From NCBI RefSeq assembly GCF_000009045.1, contig NC_000964.3:2100001-2132000 (forward strand): a DNA stretch of 32,000 nucleotides. The letters are read 5' to 3'. Of the stretch, positions 19,128 through 26,997 are shown piece by piece. The position numbers and the translations under genes were made by a program. Position 1 is the first letter of the stretch, and every line of letters begins with the position of its first letter. Below the pieces are notes generated by a model. It was not told the DNA's origin, ran no database searches, and saw only the letters and a list, made by a program, of their open reading frames with translations. Source of the DNA: Bacillus subtilis subsp. subtilis str. 168. GTDB lineage: Bacteria; Bacillota; Bacilli; Bacillales; Bacillaceae.

Positions 19128-19206
19128 CTCCTGTTTAAATTTCCAACTTTTCACGAATGCTTATCTTATTGATGCACATTCTATTGGTAAAGGAGGGATG
19201 TAAAGA

Positions 19207-19317
19207 ATGGAAATCGAAAGAATCATTCAGTATATTTGCACCTTTTTAGGCGTGATTTCGCTTTCTTTTATTTATGCCCAAATGTTTAGAAAAACGAAAC
19301 CGACAAAAAAAGAATAG
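19207..19317 (+). CDS. Candidate 36-aa single-TM small protein (not in the ORF track)
   Basis: AGGAGG at 19191-19196 lies 10 nt before ATG 19207. The translation is MEIERIIQYICTFLGVISLSFIYAQMFRKTKPTKKE, a hydrophobic helix followed by a basic tail. The stop is TAG 19315-19317. Confidence 0.5.
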   Translation: MEIERIIQYICTFLGVISLSFIYAQMFRKTKPTKKE

Positions 19318-19329
19318 GCCCGGCGTTCA

Positions 19330-19357
19330 TTGCTTTTTATACATAAAATGTTATAAT
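19330..19357 (+). promoter_or_regulatory. SigmaA-type promoter with extended -10 for yojI
   Basis: TTGCTT (19330-19335), 16 nt, TGtTATAAT (19349-19357). GGAG at 19381-19384 precedes ATG 19393. Confidence 0.6.
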
Positions 19358-19392
19358 TTCTCTCGTTATGAAAAAGAAACGGAGATCAATGT

Positions 19393-20751
19393 ATGAAAGA
19401 AACTCAAAACGCCCGGGAAAAAATCAAACAGCTCTTGCACATTTTAATACCGATATTCATTACCCAAGCGGGGCTTTCTCTGATCACTTTTCTAGATACT
19501 GTGATGTCAGGGAAAGTCAGCCCCGCTGATTTAGCTGGTGTCGCCATTGGCTCAAGCCTTTGGACCCCTGTTTACACAGGACTTGCAGGTATATTAATGG
19601 CGGTCACCCCGATTGTCGCTCAGTTATTAGGTGCAGAGAAAAAACAGAAGATTCCCTTTACTGTTTTACAAGCTGTATACGTGGCCGCGCTTCTTAGCAT
19701 CGCCGTTTTAGTGATTGGATATGCTGCAGTTGACCTTATTCTTGGCCGATTGAACCTTGATATTCACGTGCATCAGATTGCTAAACACTTTTTAGGCTTT
19801 TTATCACTGGGAATTTTCCCTTTATTTGTTTACACCGTGTTGAGATCATTCATCGACTCATTAGGAAAAACGAGAGTCACCATGATGATTACACTCAGTT
19901 CTCTTCCAATCAATTTTGTATTGAATTATGTATTTATCTTCGGGAAGTTCGGAATGCCGGCACTTGGAGGTGTAGGCGCGGGACTGGCATCCGCGTTAAC
20001 TTACTGGTGTATATGCATCATCAGTTTTTTCATTATTCATAAAAACGCACCGTTTTCTGAATACGGGATTTTTCTTACCATGTATAAGTTCTCTTGGAAA
20101 GCATGCAAAAATTTGCTCAAAATCGGGCTGCCTATTGGGTTCGCCGTGTTTTTTGAAACGAGCATTTTCGCAGCTGTCACGCTTCTCATGAGCCATTTTC
20201 ATACAGTGACCATCGCGTCCCACCAGGCAGCCATGAATTTTGCGTCTCTTTTATATATGCTGCCGCTTAGCGTGTCCATGGCTCTAACAATTGTTGTCGG
20301 ATTTGAAGCGGGTGCAGCCCGTTTTAAGGATGCACGCTCATATAGCTTAATCGGCATCATGATGGCGATCGGCTTTTCTTTGTTCACTGCCGCCTGTATC
20401 CTTTTATTCAGAGAGCAAATTGCGGGCATGTACACTTCTGACCCCGATGTGCTCCGGCTGACACAGCACTTTTTAATTTATGCGCTATTTTTTCAGCTTT
20501 CCGATGCTGTTGCCGCACCGATCCAGGGAGCACTCAGAGGGTACAAAGATGTGAACTATACGCTTGCGGCCGCTTTTGTCTCTTACTGGGTCATTGGCCT
20601 TCCGGTCGGTTATATGGTCGGTACGTTTACAAGCCTCGGTGCATTCGGCTATTGGATTGGATTAATAGCGGGACTCGCCGCCGGAGCAGTTGGGCTGTTT
20701 TTCAGGCTGGCAAAACTGCAAAAACGTTATTCGCAAAAACAACACATTTAA
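19393..20751 (+). CDS. yojI: MATE-family multidrug/sodium efflux transporter (452 aa)
   Basis: 12-TM MATE/NorM-like sequence. Recognised as YojI. Confidence 0.93.
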   Translation: MKETQNAREKIKQLLHILIPIFITQAGLSLITFLDTVMSGKVSPADLAGVAIGSSLWTPVYTGLAGILMAVTPIVAQLLGAEKKQKIPFTVLQAVYVAALLSIAVLVIGYAAVDLILGRLNLDIHVHQIAKHFLGFLSLGIFPLFVYTVLRSFIDSLGKTRVTMMITLSSLPINFVLNYVFIFGKFGMPALGGVGAGLASALTYWCICIISFFIIHKNAPFSEYGIFLTMYKFSWKACKNLLKIGLPIGFAVFFETSIFAAVTLLMSHFHTVTIASHQAAMNFASLLYMLPLSVSMALTIVVGFEAGAARFKDARSYSLIGIMMAIGFSLFTAACILLFREQIAGMYTSDPDVLRLTQHFLIYALFFQLSDAVAAPIQGALRGYKDVNYTLAAAFVSYWVIGLPVGYMVGTFTSLGAFGYWIGLIAGLAAGAVGLFFRLAKLQKRYSQKQHI

Positions 20752-20766
20752 AAGAGGTGATCAATC

Positions 20767-21615
20767 ATGGCAAAAAACAAAAAATTATTCGAGTATCTTT
20801 CCCAGCATGCGGAAACCATCAGTTCAACATGGTATGAAACAATCGAGGAGACTGATCCCAATTCCATTTATGCCTCAACAGACCCTGTTGTCATTCACAA
20901 TTTAAAGAGCCAGAATCTTGCCTTTAACTATAAAATAAACCGTATTTTTATAGATGATGAGGACGTATACTTGCCTATACTGAAAGAATGGGCCTTTGAA
21001 GTCACACAGGATCAAGAGCATTTAAAAACTCCTATCCACTATATTATTCGGGAGTTTGTCAGAGTGAGAGATTTATATGTTTCTTATGTGAAAGAATTTG
21101 TCCATCTCAATCAGAATACTGTGAAAAGCGAAGAAGCCGAAGACCTGTATCACGCCCTTATAAAAGCGTTTGATCTTGTGATTCATATTTTTATAGAAGA
21201 AATGTACAAAAACACAAGCCTTCAGCTTCAGGCCCAAAAAGATATGATTACTGAATTGAGCGCTCCGGTCATCGTGCTGTTTCACAGCGTCGGACTGCTG
21301 CCTTTAATCGGAGATATTGATACAGTCCGCGCCAAGCTGATTATGGAAAACACACTGCATCAATGTGCGAAAAAAAAGGTGACACAACTGTATATTGATT
21401 TGTCAGGAGTAGCTGTGATTGATACGATGGTTGCCCATCAGCTGTTCAGTCTGATTGAGGCGCTTCGTTTAATCGGTGTTTCTTCAACTTTGTCTGGAAT
21501 CCGTCCGGAAATCGCGCAAACAGCGGTTCAGCTAGGTTTGTCTTTCGAAGGTATTTCCTTGAGATCCACTCTCGCTTCAGCTATTGCATCGGACTTAAAA
21601 TTAAAAAAGGTATAA
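20767..21615 (+). CDS. rsbRC: RsbR-paralogue stressosome protein (N-terminal sensor domain plus C-terminal STAS, 282 aa)
   Basis: C-terminal STAS region (LIGDIDTVRAKLIME...LYIDLSGVAVIDTMVAHQL...LSGIRPEIAQT). The start lies 15 nt after the yojI stop, preceded by GAGGTGA. Confidence 0.92.
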   Translation: MAKNKKLFEYLSQHAETISSTWYETIEETDPNSIYASTDPVVIHNLKSQNLAFNYKINRIFIDDEDVYLPILKEWAFEVTQDQEHLKTPIHYIIREFVRVRDLYVSYVKEFVHLNQNTVKSEEAEDLYHALIKAFDLVIHIFIEEMYKNTSLQLQAQKDMITELSAPVIVLFHSVGLLPLIGDIDTVRAKLIMENTLHQCAKKKVTQLYIDLSGVAVIDTMVAHQLFSLIEALRLIGVSSTLSGIRPEIAQTAVQLGLSFEGISLRSTLASAIASDLKLKKV

Positions 21616-21640
21616 GGCTTAAGGCCTTATACCTTTTTGA
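21603..21640. terminator. Bidirectional terminator between rsbRC and bshB2
   Basis: Stem GGTATAAGGC/GCCTTATACC (21609-21633) overlapping the rsbRC stop. A6 lies upstream and T5 downstream. Confidence 0.85.
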
Positions 21641-22306
21641 TTAATCATTCCATTGATACGTCCAATATATTTCTTCTTCAAACCATGTTGCCATAACAGG
21701 TTCATTATTTTTCAATTTCTCTTCAAGCTCTCTGAGCATGCCTTCTGTTTGTGTGCGGTGAGCTCTTAACGCATTCATTTTAATATCAGCTACTTCTTTG
21801 ATATCAAGTACGACATCAGCTTCGCCGAGAACCTCTTCTCTGTTGCGGGTAATGGCCATGCAGATTGTACGCGGACGGTCTTCTTTCTTTTTGCGGTATA
21901 ATGCACGGATAACCGCTTCCCCGCATGCATCATGGTCAGGGTGCACACCGTGTCCGGGATAAAATGTGACAATTAAACTTGGTTTTACATCATCTATGAT
22001 CTCTTCCATGATATCAGCTAAATACTCATCGTCTTCAAATTCGAGCGTTTTGTCACGGAGTCCAAGCATCCGAAGGTCATTGATATCCATTTCTTTGCAA
22101 GCGTTGATGAGCTCTTGTTTTCTTAGCAGCGGCAACGTTTCCCGATTCGCGAAAAATGGATCGCCCATATTTCTGCCCATTTCACCTAAAGTGGCGCAGG
22201 CATACGTAACGGGAATGTCTTTTTTTCTGTTTAAGGCAATGAGGCCTGCCACTCCATATGATTCATCATCAGGGTGAGGCAGGATTACTAGTACATGTTC
22301 TTTCAT
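21641..22306 (-). CDS. bshB2: LmbE-family N-acetylglucosaminyl deacetylase (bacillithiol biosynthesis paralogue, 221 aa)
   Basis: LmbE zinc motif LPHPDDE near the N-terminus, plus HPDH. Recognised as BshB2 (YojG). Confidence 0.93.
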   Translation of the reverse strand: MKEHVLVILPHPDDESYGVAGLIALNRKKDIPVTYACATLGEMGRNMGDPFFANRETLPLLRKQELINACKEMDINDLRMLGLRDKTLEFEDDEYLADIMEEIIDDVKPSLIVTFYPGHGVHPDHDACGEAVIRALYRKKKEDRPRTICMAITRNREEVLGEADVVLDIKEVADIKMNALRAHRTQTEGMLRELEEKLKNNEPVMATWFEEEIYWTYQWND

Positions 22307-22324
22307 TATTATTCACCCTTTTCT

Positions 22325-22675
22325 TTAAACTGTGAACGGTTTTTCGCTGATTTGCAGAGAAATAGCCAGTTTACCGCCCGGCAGGTGTCCCGCCATTAAT
22401 AAACGGTTTTCTTCATCTACCGTGTATTCAGTCAAGCCTTCAGCATAAATCCAGCCTTCTTCTGTTTTCAAGCCAACGCGGTAAGGCCCGTTGCCTTTGA
22501 TTTTTGCCTGATGATAAGTGACTTTTGCATTGCGAATATACGCAACAACCGTCATGTTCTTTTCATTTAAGTGCGCTGAATAAGAACCTGTGGTGGTTTC
22601 TAAATGGATATATACAGGGCGGTCCGCATATCGTTCTAAAGATGCTTGCACATCTTCTTTTATGATCGCTTTCAT
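22325..22675 (-). CDS. yojF: Conserved protein of unknown function (116 aa)
   Basis: Complete ORF 18 nt upstream of bshB2 on the same strand. Its start overlaps the stop of the upstream 92-aa ORF (ATGA). Recognised as YojF. Confidence 0.85.
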   Translation of the reverse strand: MKAIIKEDVQASLERYADRPVYIHLETTTGSYSAHLNEKNMTVVAYIRNAKVTYHQAKIKGNGPYRVGLKTEEGWIYAEGLTEYTVDEENRLLMAGHLPGGKLAISLQISEKPFTV

Positions 22676-22950
22676 GATTGCTCCCCTCTTTCTTCTTTTA
22701 AATACTCTGCACGTTCTGTATGTAATTTGACCAGCTGATATTTCACAGCCGGTTCGAGCTGTGAATTCACAATGCGCTGAATCGCGGCAAAATATTTTTC
22801 CAGCATCGGTTTTCGGAGTCTTGGATGTGTTCGTTTATCCAAGAGCTCAAGATCAATCGCCTCTGCTACCGCTTCTGCGTCATCATGTGCGAGAGATCGG
22901 TTATTCCAAAGTGAAGCATAGGCTTTCACTATCTCTTTATCATTGTCCAT
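22672..22950 (-). CDS. Small helical protein of unknown function (92 aa), first gene of the yojF-bshB2 unit
   Basis: AAAGGAG lies 7 nt before the ATG. A 4-nt ATGA overlap with yojF suggests translational coupling. It may be the gene annotated yoyC in strain 168, but I am not sure. Confidence 0.75.
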   Translation of the reverse strand: MDNDKEIVKAYASLWNNRSLAHDDAEAVAEAIDLELLDKRTHPRLRKPMLEKYFAAIQRIVNSQLEPAVKYQLVKLHTERAEYLKEERGEQS

Positions 22951-23025
22951 CGTCTTGCTCCTTTATGTCTTACATACATGAAATGATTATACATAATATA
23001 TGCATCAGCTGAAAAGCCAAAGGCC

Positions 23026-23922
23026 TCAATGGCTTTTTGACGCCCGTTTCCACTTCACTTGTGAAAACGTAAACAAGAGCAGCGCAGCCCATATACAGCT
23101 GAATGTAAAAGCCTTCGAGCTTGAAAATGGCTCATGGTAAACAAACAGCCCGATCAGCAGGGTAATGGTCGGCGCAATATATTGTAAGATACCGACTTGA
23201 TACAGTGGCAGCCGTTTCGCTCCTTCCGCAAACAATAAGAGCGGCAAAGCCGTAAACACACCGGCCAAAAAGAGAAGCAGCCACGTCCCTCCGCTTTCTG
23301 CACCCGCTGGCTGAACATGTCCGCTGAACAGCAAATACCCCAATGCAATGGGCATAATCATGAATGTTTCCAGCGTTAAACCGATGGCGCTCGGCAGGCT
23401 TGTTCTTTTTTTGCTTAACCCGTACAGCCCAAAGCTGAATGCGAGCAGAAGCGCAACATAAGGAATGGAGCCGTATTGGAACGCCGAGATGATGACACCG
23501 GCTGCCGCAATCGAAACGGCCACTAATTGCAGGCGATTCAGTTTTTCCTTTAAAAATAAAATCCCAAGGAGCACTGATACAAGCGGATTAATGTAATAGC
23601 CAAGACTAGCCTCAAGCAAAAAGCCATGGTTGACAGCCCATATGTATACAAACCAGTTGATCGAAATCAGGATAGAAGCAAGAAATAAAGAGAGGATCCC
23701 TCCGTTCTTTTTCAGAGAGCGCAACTCCTGCCATCCTATTTTCCATTGCCGCAAGAAAAAAAGTACGATACACATAAAAACAAAAGACCATATAATACGA
23801 TGAGCCAAAATATCAAGAGCCGGCAGCTGTTCGAGAAGCTTCCAATAGAGCGGAAACAGGCCCCACATGATAAATGAAACGGCTGTGTAAATAACGCCTT
23901 TTTTTGTTTCTGCATGTTGCAT
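23026..23922 (-). CDS. yojE: EamA/DMT-family (RarD-like) membrane transporter (298 aa)
   Basis: 10-TM protein with a duplicated EamA architecture. Recognised as YojE. Confidence 0.9.
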   Translation of the reverse strand: MQHAETKKGVIYTAVSFIMWGLFPLYWKLLEQLPALDILAHRIIWSFVFMCIVLFFLRQWKIGWQELRSLKKNGGILSLFLASILISINWFVYIWAVNHGFLLEASLGYYINPLVSVLLGILFLKEKLNRLQLVAVSIAAAGVIISAFQYGSIPYVALLLAFSFGLYGLSKKRTSLPSAIGLTLETFMIMPIALGYLLFSGHVQPAGAESGGTWLLLFLAGVFTALPLLLFAEGAKRLPLYQVGILQYIAPTITLLIGLFVYHEPFSSSKAFTFSCIWAALLLFTFSQVKWKRASKSH

Positions 23923-23962
23923 TGATATCCCTGCCTTTCTTTAGAGCATCTTATATTATATC

Positions 23963-23990
23963 ACGTGAAAGATCTGGTGGGCATATACTA
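23963..23990 (+). promoter_or_regulatory. SigmaK-type (mother-cell) promoter for gerT
   Basis: AC (23963-23964), 17 nt, CATATACTA (23982-23990) fits AC-N17-CATAnnnTA. It lies about 30 nt upstream of the gerT ATG. Confidence 0.5.
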
Positions 23991-24020
23991 TTTTGTCCGT
24001 GAAGAAAGGATGTGAAGACA

Positions 24021-24494
24021 ATGTTTGAGTGGAACAAGTACTTTCCTTTCCACAATCAATTTTCTAAAGAAGCATTAAAAAAAGCTGATCCGAAAGAAGT
24101 TGAAACGTATGTCAATCGTGTGATGGAAAGTGTGTTCGGCAGTGATTATGCGGCTCAATTTCCTTTCCGCGATCCTCTCCCCCAAAAAGAACATCCCGCC
24201 AAACCTGATGCAAAACCTGATGTCAAACCTGATATTGATATATTCGAAACAGCAGACCATGTGTTTGTAAAGGTGCCAATCAGCGAAGAATGGCTGGAAC
24301 AAGTGAGAATCAAACACACATCTCACGAATTATGGTTGGAAAACCTCCCAAGAGCAGATCATCCGAAAAAAGTAAACCTTCCTTGTTTAGTCAAACGCAA
24401 AGGAACAAAAGCCGTCTATAAGGATGGCCTTCTGGAAGTCATGTTTCAAAAGCAGCAAGACTACAATATGTCCGAGGTAGAAATCATCCGATAA
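24021..24494 (+). CDS. gerT: Spore coat / germination protein with an Hsp20 (alpha-crystallin)-like C-terminal half (157 aa)
   Basis: Track frame 24012-24494 starts on GTG. It was trimmed to ATG 24021 (AAAGGA at 24005-24010, 10-nt spacing). Recognised as GerT (YozR). Confidence 0.88.
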   Translation: MFEWNKYFPFHNQFSKEALKKADPKEVETYVNRVMESVFGSDYAAQFPFRDPLPQKEHPAKPDAKPDVKPDIDIFETADHVFVKVPISEEWLEQVRIKHTSHELWLENLPRADHPKKVNLPCLVKRKGTKAVYKDGLLEVMFQKQQDYNMSEVEIIR

Positions 24495-24528
24495 AAAACG
24501 GCCTGCAATCGATGCAGGCCGTTTTTTA
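24493..24528. terminator. Bidirectional terminator between gerT and yojB
   Basis: Stem CGGCCTGCA/TGCAGGCCG (24499-24521), A6 upstream and T6 downstream. Confidence 0.9.
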
Positions 24529-24765
24529 TTAATAGAAGCCGGGATATCCCCCGTATGGCACGCCGGCACCAAAACCGTACGGTCCGCCTCCATATCCATA
24601 AGGGCCAGGAGGATAGGCATAGGGACGAGAATAGTTAAACAGCGCACTCCCGAGAAAACCGCCTAATAAACCGCCGACTAGAGGAGCGCCAAACAAAAAA
24701 GGACTACGCGCCGGATATCCGGCTGGACCTGGGATTCCGCGTAAATACGAATGATGAGGGTACAT
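24529..24765 (-). CDS. yojB: Gly/Tyr/Pro-rich small protein with a central glycine-zipper hydrophobic segment (78 aa)
   Basis: AAGGAGGAAAAAA precedes the ATG. By my count the composition is 20 Gly, 13 Pro and 12 Tyr out of 78. The central segment is FLFGAPLVGGLLGGFLGSALF. Confidence 0.8.
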   Translation of the reverse strand: MYPHHSYLRGIPGPAGYPARSPFLFGAPLVGGLLGGFLGSALFNYSRPYAYPPGPYGYGGGPYGFGAGVPYGGYPGFY

Positions 24766-24849
24766 GATTTTTTCCTCCTTTATGTCTGCCTATACGTAAA
24801 GTATTCAGCAAGGAAGAAAAACGATTGGGCTACGGACTGTCTATGATTG

Positions 24850-26184
24850 TTACATCACAAGCCCTGCCAATAACACACAGCCGAGCCCTGTAACCGAAAG
24901 AACTGTTGTAAGCAGCGTCCAGGTTTGAAATGTTTCTTTCATGCTCAAGCCGAAAAATTCCTTTACCATCCAAAATCCTGCATCATTTACATGACACGCA
25001 ATGACACTGCCGGCTCCTGTTGCAAGCACCATTAACGCAGGGTTTACACTGCCAGCCTCCATAAGCGGAGCTGCCATTCCCGCTGTGGTAAGCGCAGCCA
25101 CGGTAGCAGAGCCTAGACACAGACGCAGAACCGCGGCGATGGTCCATGCAACGAATAGCGGCGACATGTTTGTTTGACGGAAAAAATCAGCGACATAATC
25201 GCCGACTCCGCCGTCAATCAGCACCTGTTTAAACGCTCCTCCCCCTCCTATGATGAGCAGCATCATCGCAATTTGCGAAATTGATTCTGAAATAGATCTG
25301 CCGATTTCCTGCATAGATATTTTACGGGCATATCCCATCGTATAGAGTGCAAGCAACAGCGAAATGAGCATTGCCGTTCCCGGAGTGCCGATAAATTCTA
25401 TAATGTCTTTTCCTTTTGAATGTTCACTCAATAATAAAGAAAAAATTGTTGCCATTGCCATAAAGATAACCGGGAATAAAGACGTGACAGCACTGATCGC
25501 AAAGCCCGGTGTTTCATCCAGCTGAAATTCTTTCCTTGGTCCTAACCCCGATAGGTTTCCATGCTTTTGATACGCACCAGGAAACCGTTTCATCGCAAAT
25601 TTATTAAATAAAGGCCCGGCAATCACAGTTGTCGGAACAGCGATGATGATTCCAAAAAGCAGCACCTGGCCAATATGGGCACCATATGCAACTGAGATAG
25701 CAGTTGGAGCAGGATGCGGGGGCAAAAATCCGTGAGTAACATTTAAGGCGGCGGCCATCGGGATTCCCAGATACAGAAAAGGCATTTTTAATTCTTTAGC
25801 AATCGCGTAAACAATCGGTATCAACAGAACAAGACCGACTTCAAAAAATAGGGCAATCCCGATGATAAAAGAGGCAACCACAACCGCCGCCTGTATTCGT
25901 TTCCTCCCGAATTTGTCAATCAGCGTAATGGCGATCCGGTAGCCGCCCCCAGCATCTGAGACAAGCCTCCCAAGCATCGCGCCAAGTCCAAACACTAAAG
26001 CTAAATGCCCCAGCTGCCCGCCAATTCCAGTCTCAATTGAAAGAACAATTTTATTGATATCCATTCCAAGTCCGATGGCTACTAAAAATGAAACGACAAT
26101 CAGTGAGACAAAGGTATTTAATTTTACTTTAATAATGAGAAATAACAGAATCAGCACTCCGACAGCTACAATTAAAATCGGCAT
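24850..26184 (-). CDS. yojA: GntP-family gluconate/organic-acid:H+ permease (444 aa)
   Basis: GntP-like multi-TM sequence. GGAGGGG precedes the ATG. Recognised as YojA. Confidence 0.93.
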   Translation of the reverse strand: MPILIVAVGVLILLFLIIKVKLNTFVSLIVVSFLVAIGLGMDINKIVLSIETGIGGQLGHLALVFGLGAMLGRLVSDAGGGYRIAITLIDKFGRKRIQAAVVVASFIIGIALFFEVGLVLLIPIVYAIAKELKMPFLYLGIPMAAALNVTHGFLPPHPAPTAISVAYGAHIGQVLLFGIIIAVPTTVIAGPLFNKFAMKRFPGAYQKHGNLSGLGPRKEFQLDETPGFAISAVTSLFPVIFMAMATIFSLLLSEHSKGKDIIEFIGTPGTAMLISLLLALYTMGYARKISMQEIGRSISESISQIAMMLLIIGGGGAFKQVLIDGGVGDYVADFFRQTNMSPLFVAWTIAAVLRLCLGSATVAALTTAGMAAPLMEAGSVNPALMVLATGAGSVIACHVNDAGFWMVKEFFGLSMKETFQTWTLLTTVLSVTGLGCVLLAGLVM

Positions 26185-26254
26185 GGTACCCCTCCAAAAG
26201 TGTTTTATATGATTCTCGCGACAATGTTTTGGCGCTTTTCATGCCTAGATGAAC

Positions 26255-26268
26255 AGAAAGCGCTTTCA
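26255..26268 (-). promoter_or_regulatory. Near-consensus catabolite-responsive element (cre) in the yojA leader
   Basis: The minus strand reads TGAAAGCGCTTTCT. This matches 13 of 14 positions of TGWAANCGNTNWCA. It lies 71-84 nt upstream of the yojA ATG. Confidence 0.6.
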
Positions 26269-26548
26269 TTAATAACTAAAAACGTCTTGGTTATATGATT
26301 GTTATCTTTTGATCAACTAATATGTTCATACTAATCTCCTAATCAATGACTGTCAATCGTTTTTATGAGCTTGTCTCGATTACCTACCGCCTAACCCAAT
26401 GATTTATTAGTTATATGTTGATTAACTTTTGGTTATATGTTATGTTTTTTAAAGTTGACTGCCAATCATTATATCTCTCCATTGTCTGGAAGCAAATGAG
26501 ACAATATGAGAACAGACGGATAACAACTTCATAAGAGGAGGAGTACAC

Positions 26549-26938
26549 ATGCCATTATTGCGTTTTGATGTAATTGAGGGCCGTGATGAAAAATCGCTGC
26601 AATTGTTATTAGATACTGCTCACCAAGCGATGGTTGAAGCATTTGGTGTTCCGGAAAGAGACCGTTATCAAATTGTCCATCAGCATCCCGCAAACGAGCT
26701 TATAATCCAGGATGCGGGATTAGGGTTTCAGAGAACCAAGGATATGGTCATCATTAGCATGACAAGCAAAGCAAGAACCGAAAGCCAAAAGGAAAAATTG
26801 TATGCTCTGCTTGCTGAAAGGCTAGAAAAAAAATGCGAAATTTCCCCTGACGACCTCATGGTATCTATTACTGAGAATGGTGACGCAGACTGGAGTTTCG
26901 GTCTCGGTGAGGCGCAATTTTTGAATGGAAAACTATAA
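26549..26938 (+). CDS. yodA: Tautomerase-superfamily protein with N-terminal Pro1 (129 aa)
   Basis: Starts MPLLRFDV (Pro immediately after the initiator Met). Its size fits a fused two-unit beta-alpha-beta tautomerase. GAGGAGGAG SD. Confidence 0.85.
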
Positions 26939-26954
26939 GATTTCGTCTCCCCAC

Positions 26955-26997
26955 AAAAAAAAGAAGAGAGAGCTCCAAAGAAGCTCTCTCTTTTTTC
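26955..26997 (+). terminator. Rho-independent terminator of yodA
   Basis: 10-bp stem AGAGAGAGCT/AGCTCTCTCT (26965-26991) followed by T6. Confidence 0.9.
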
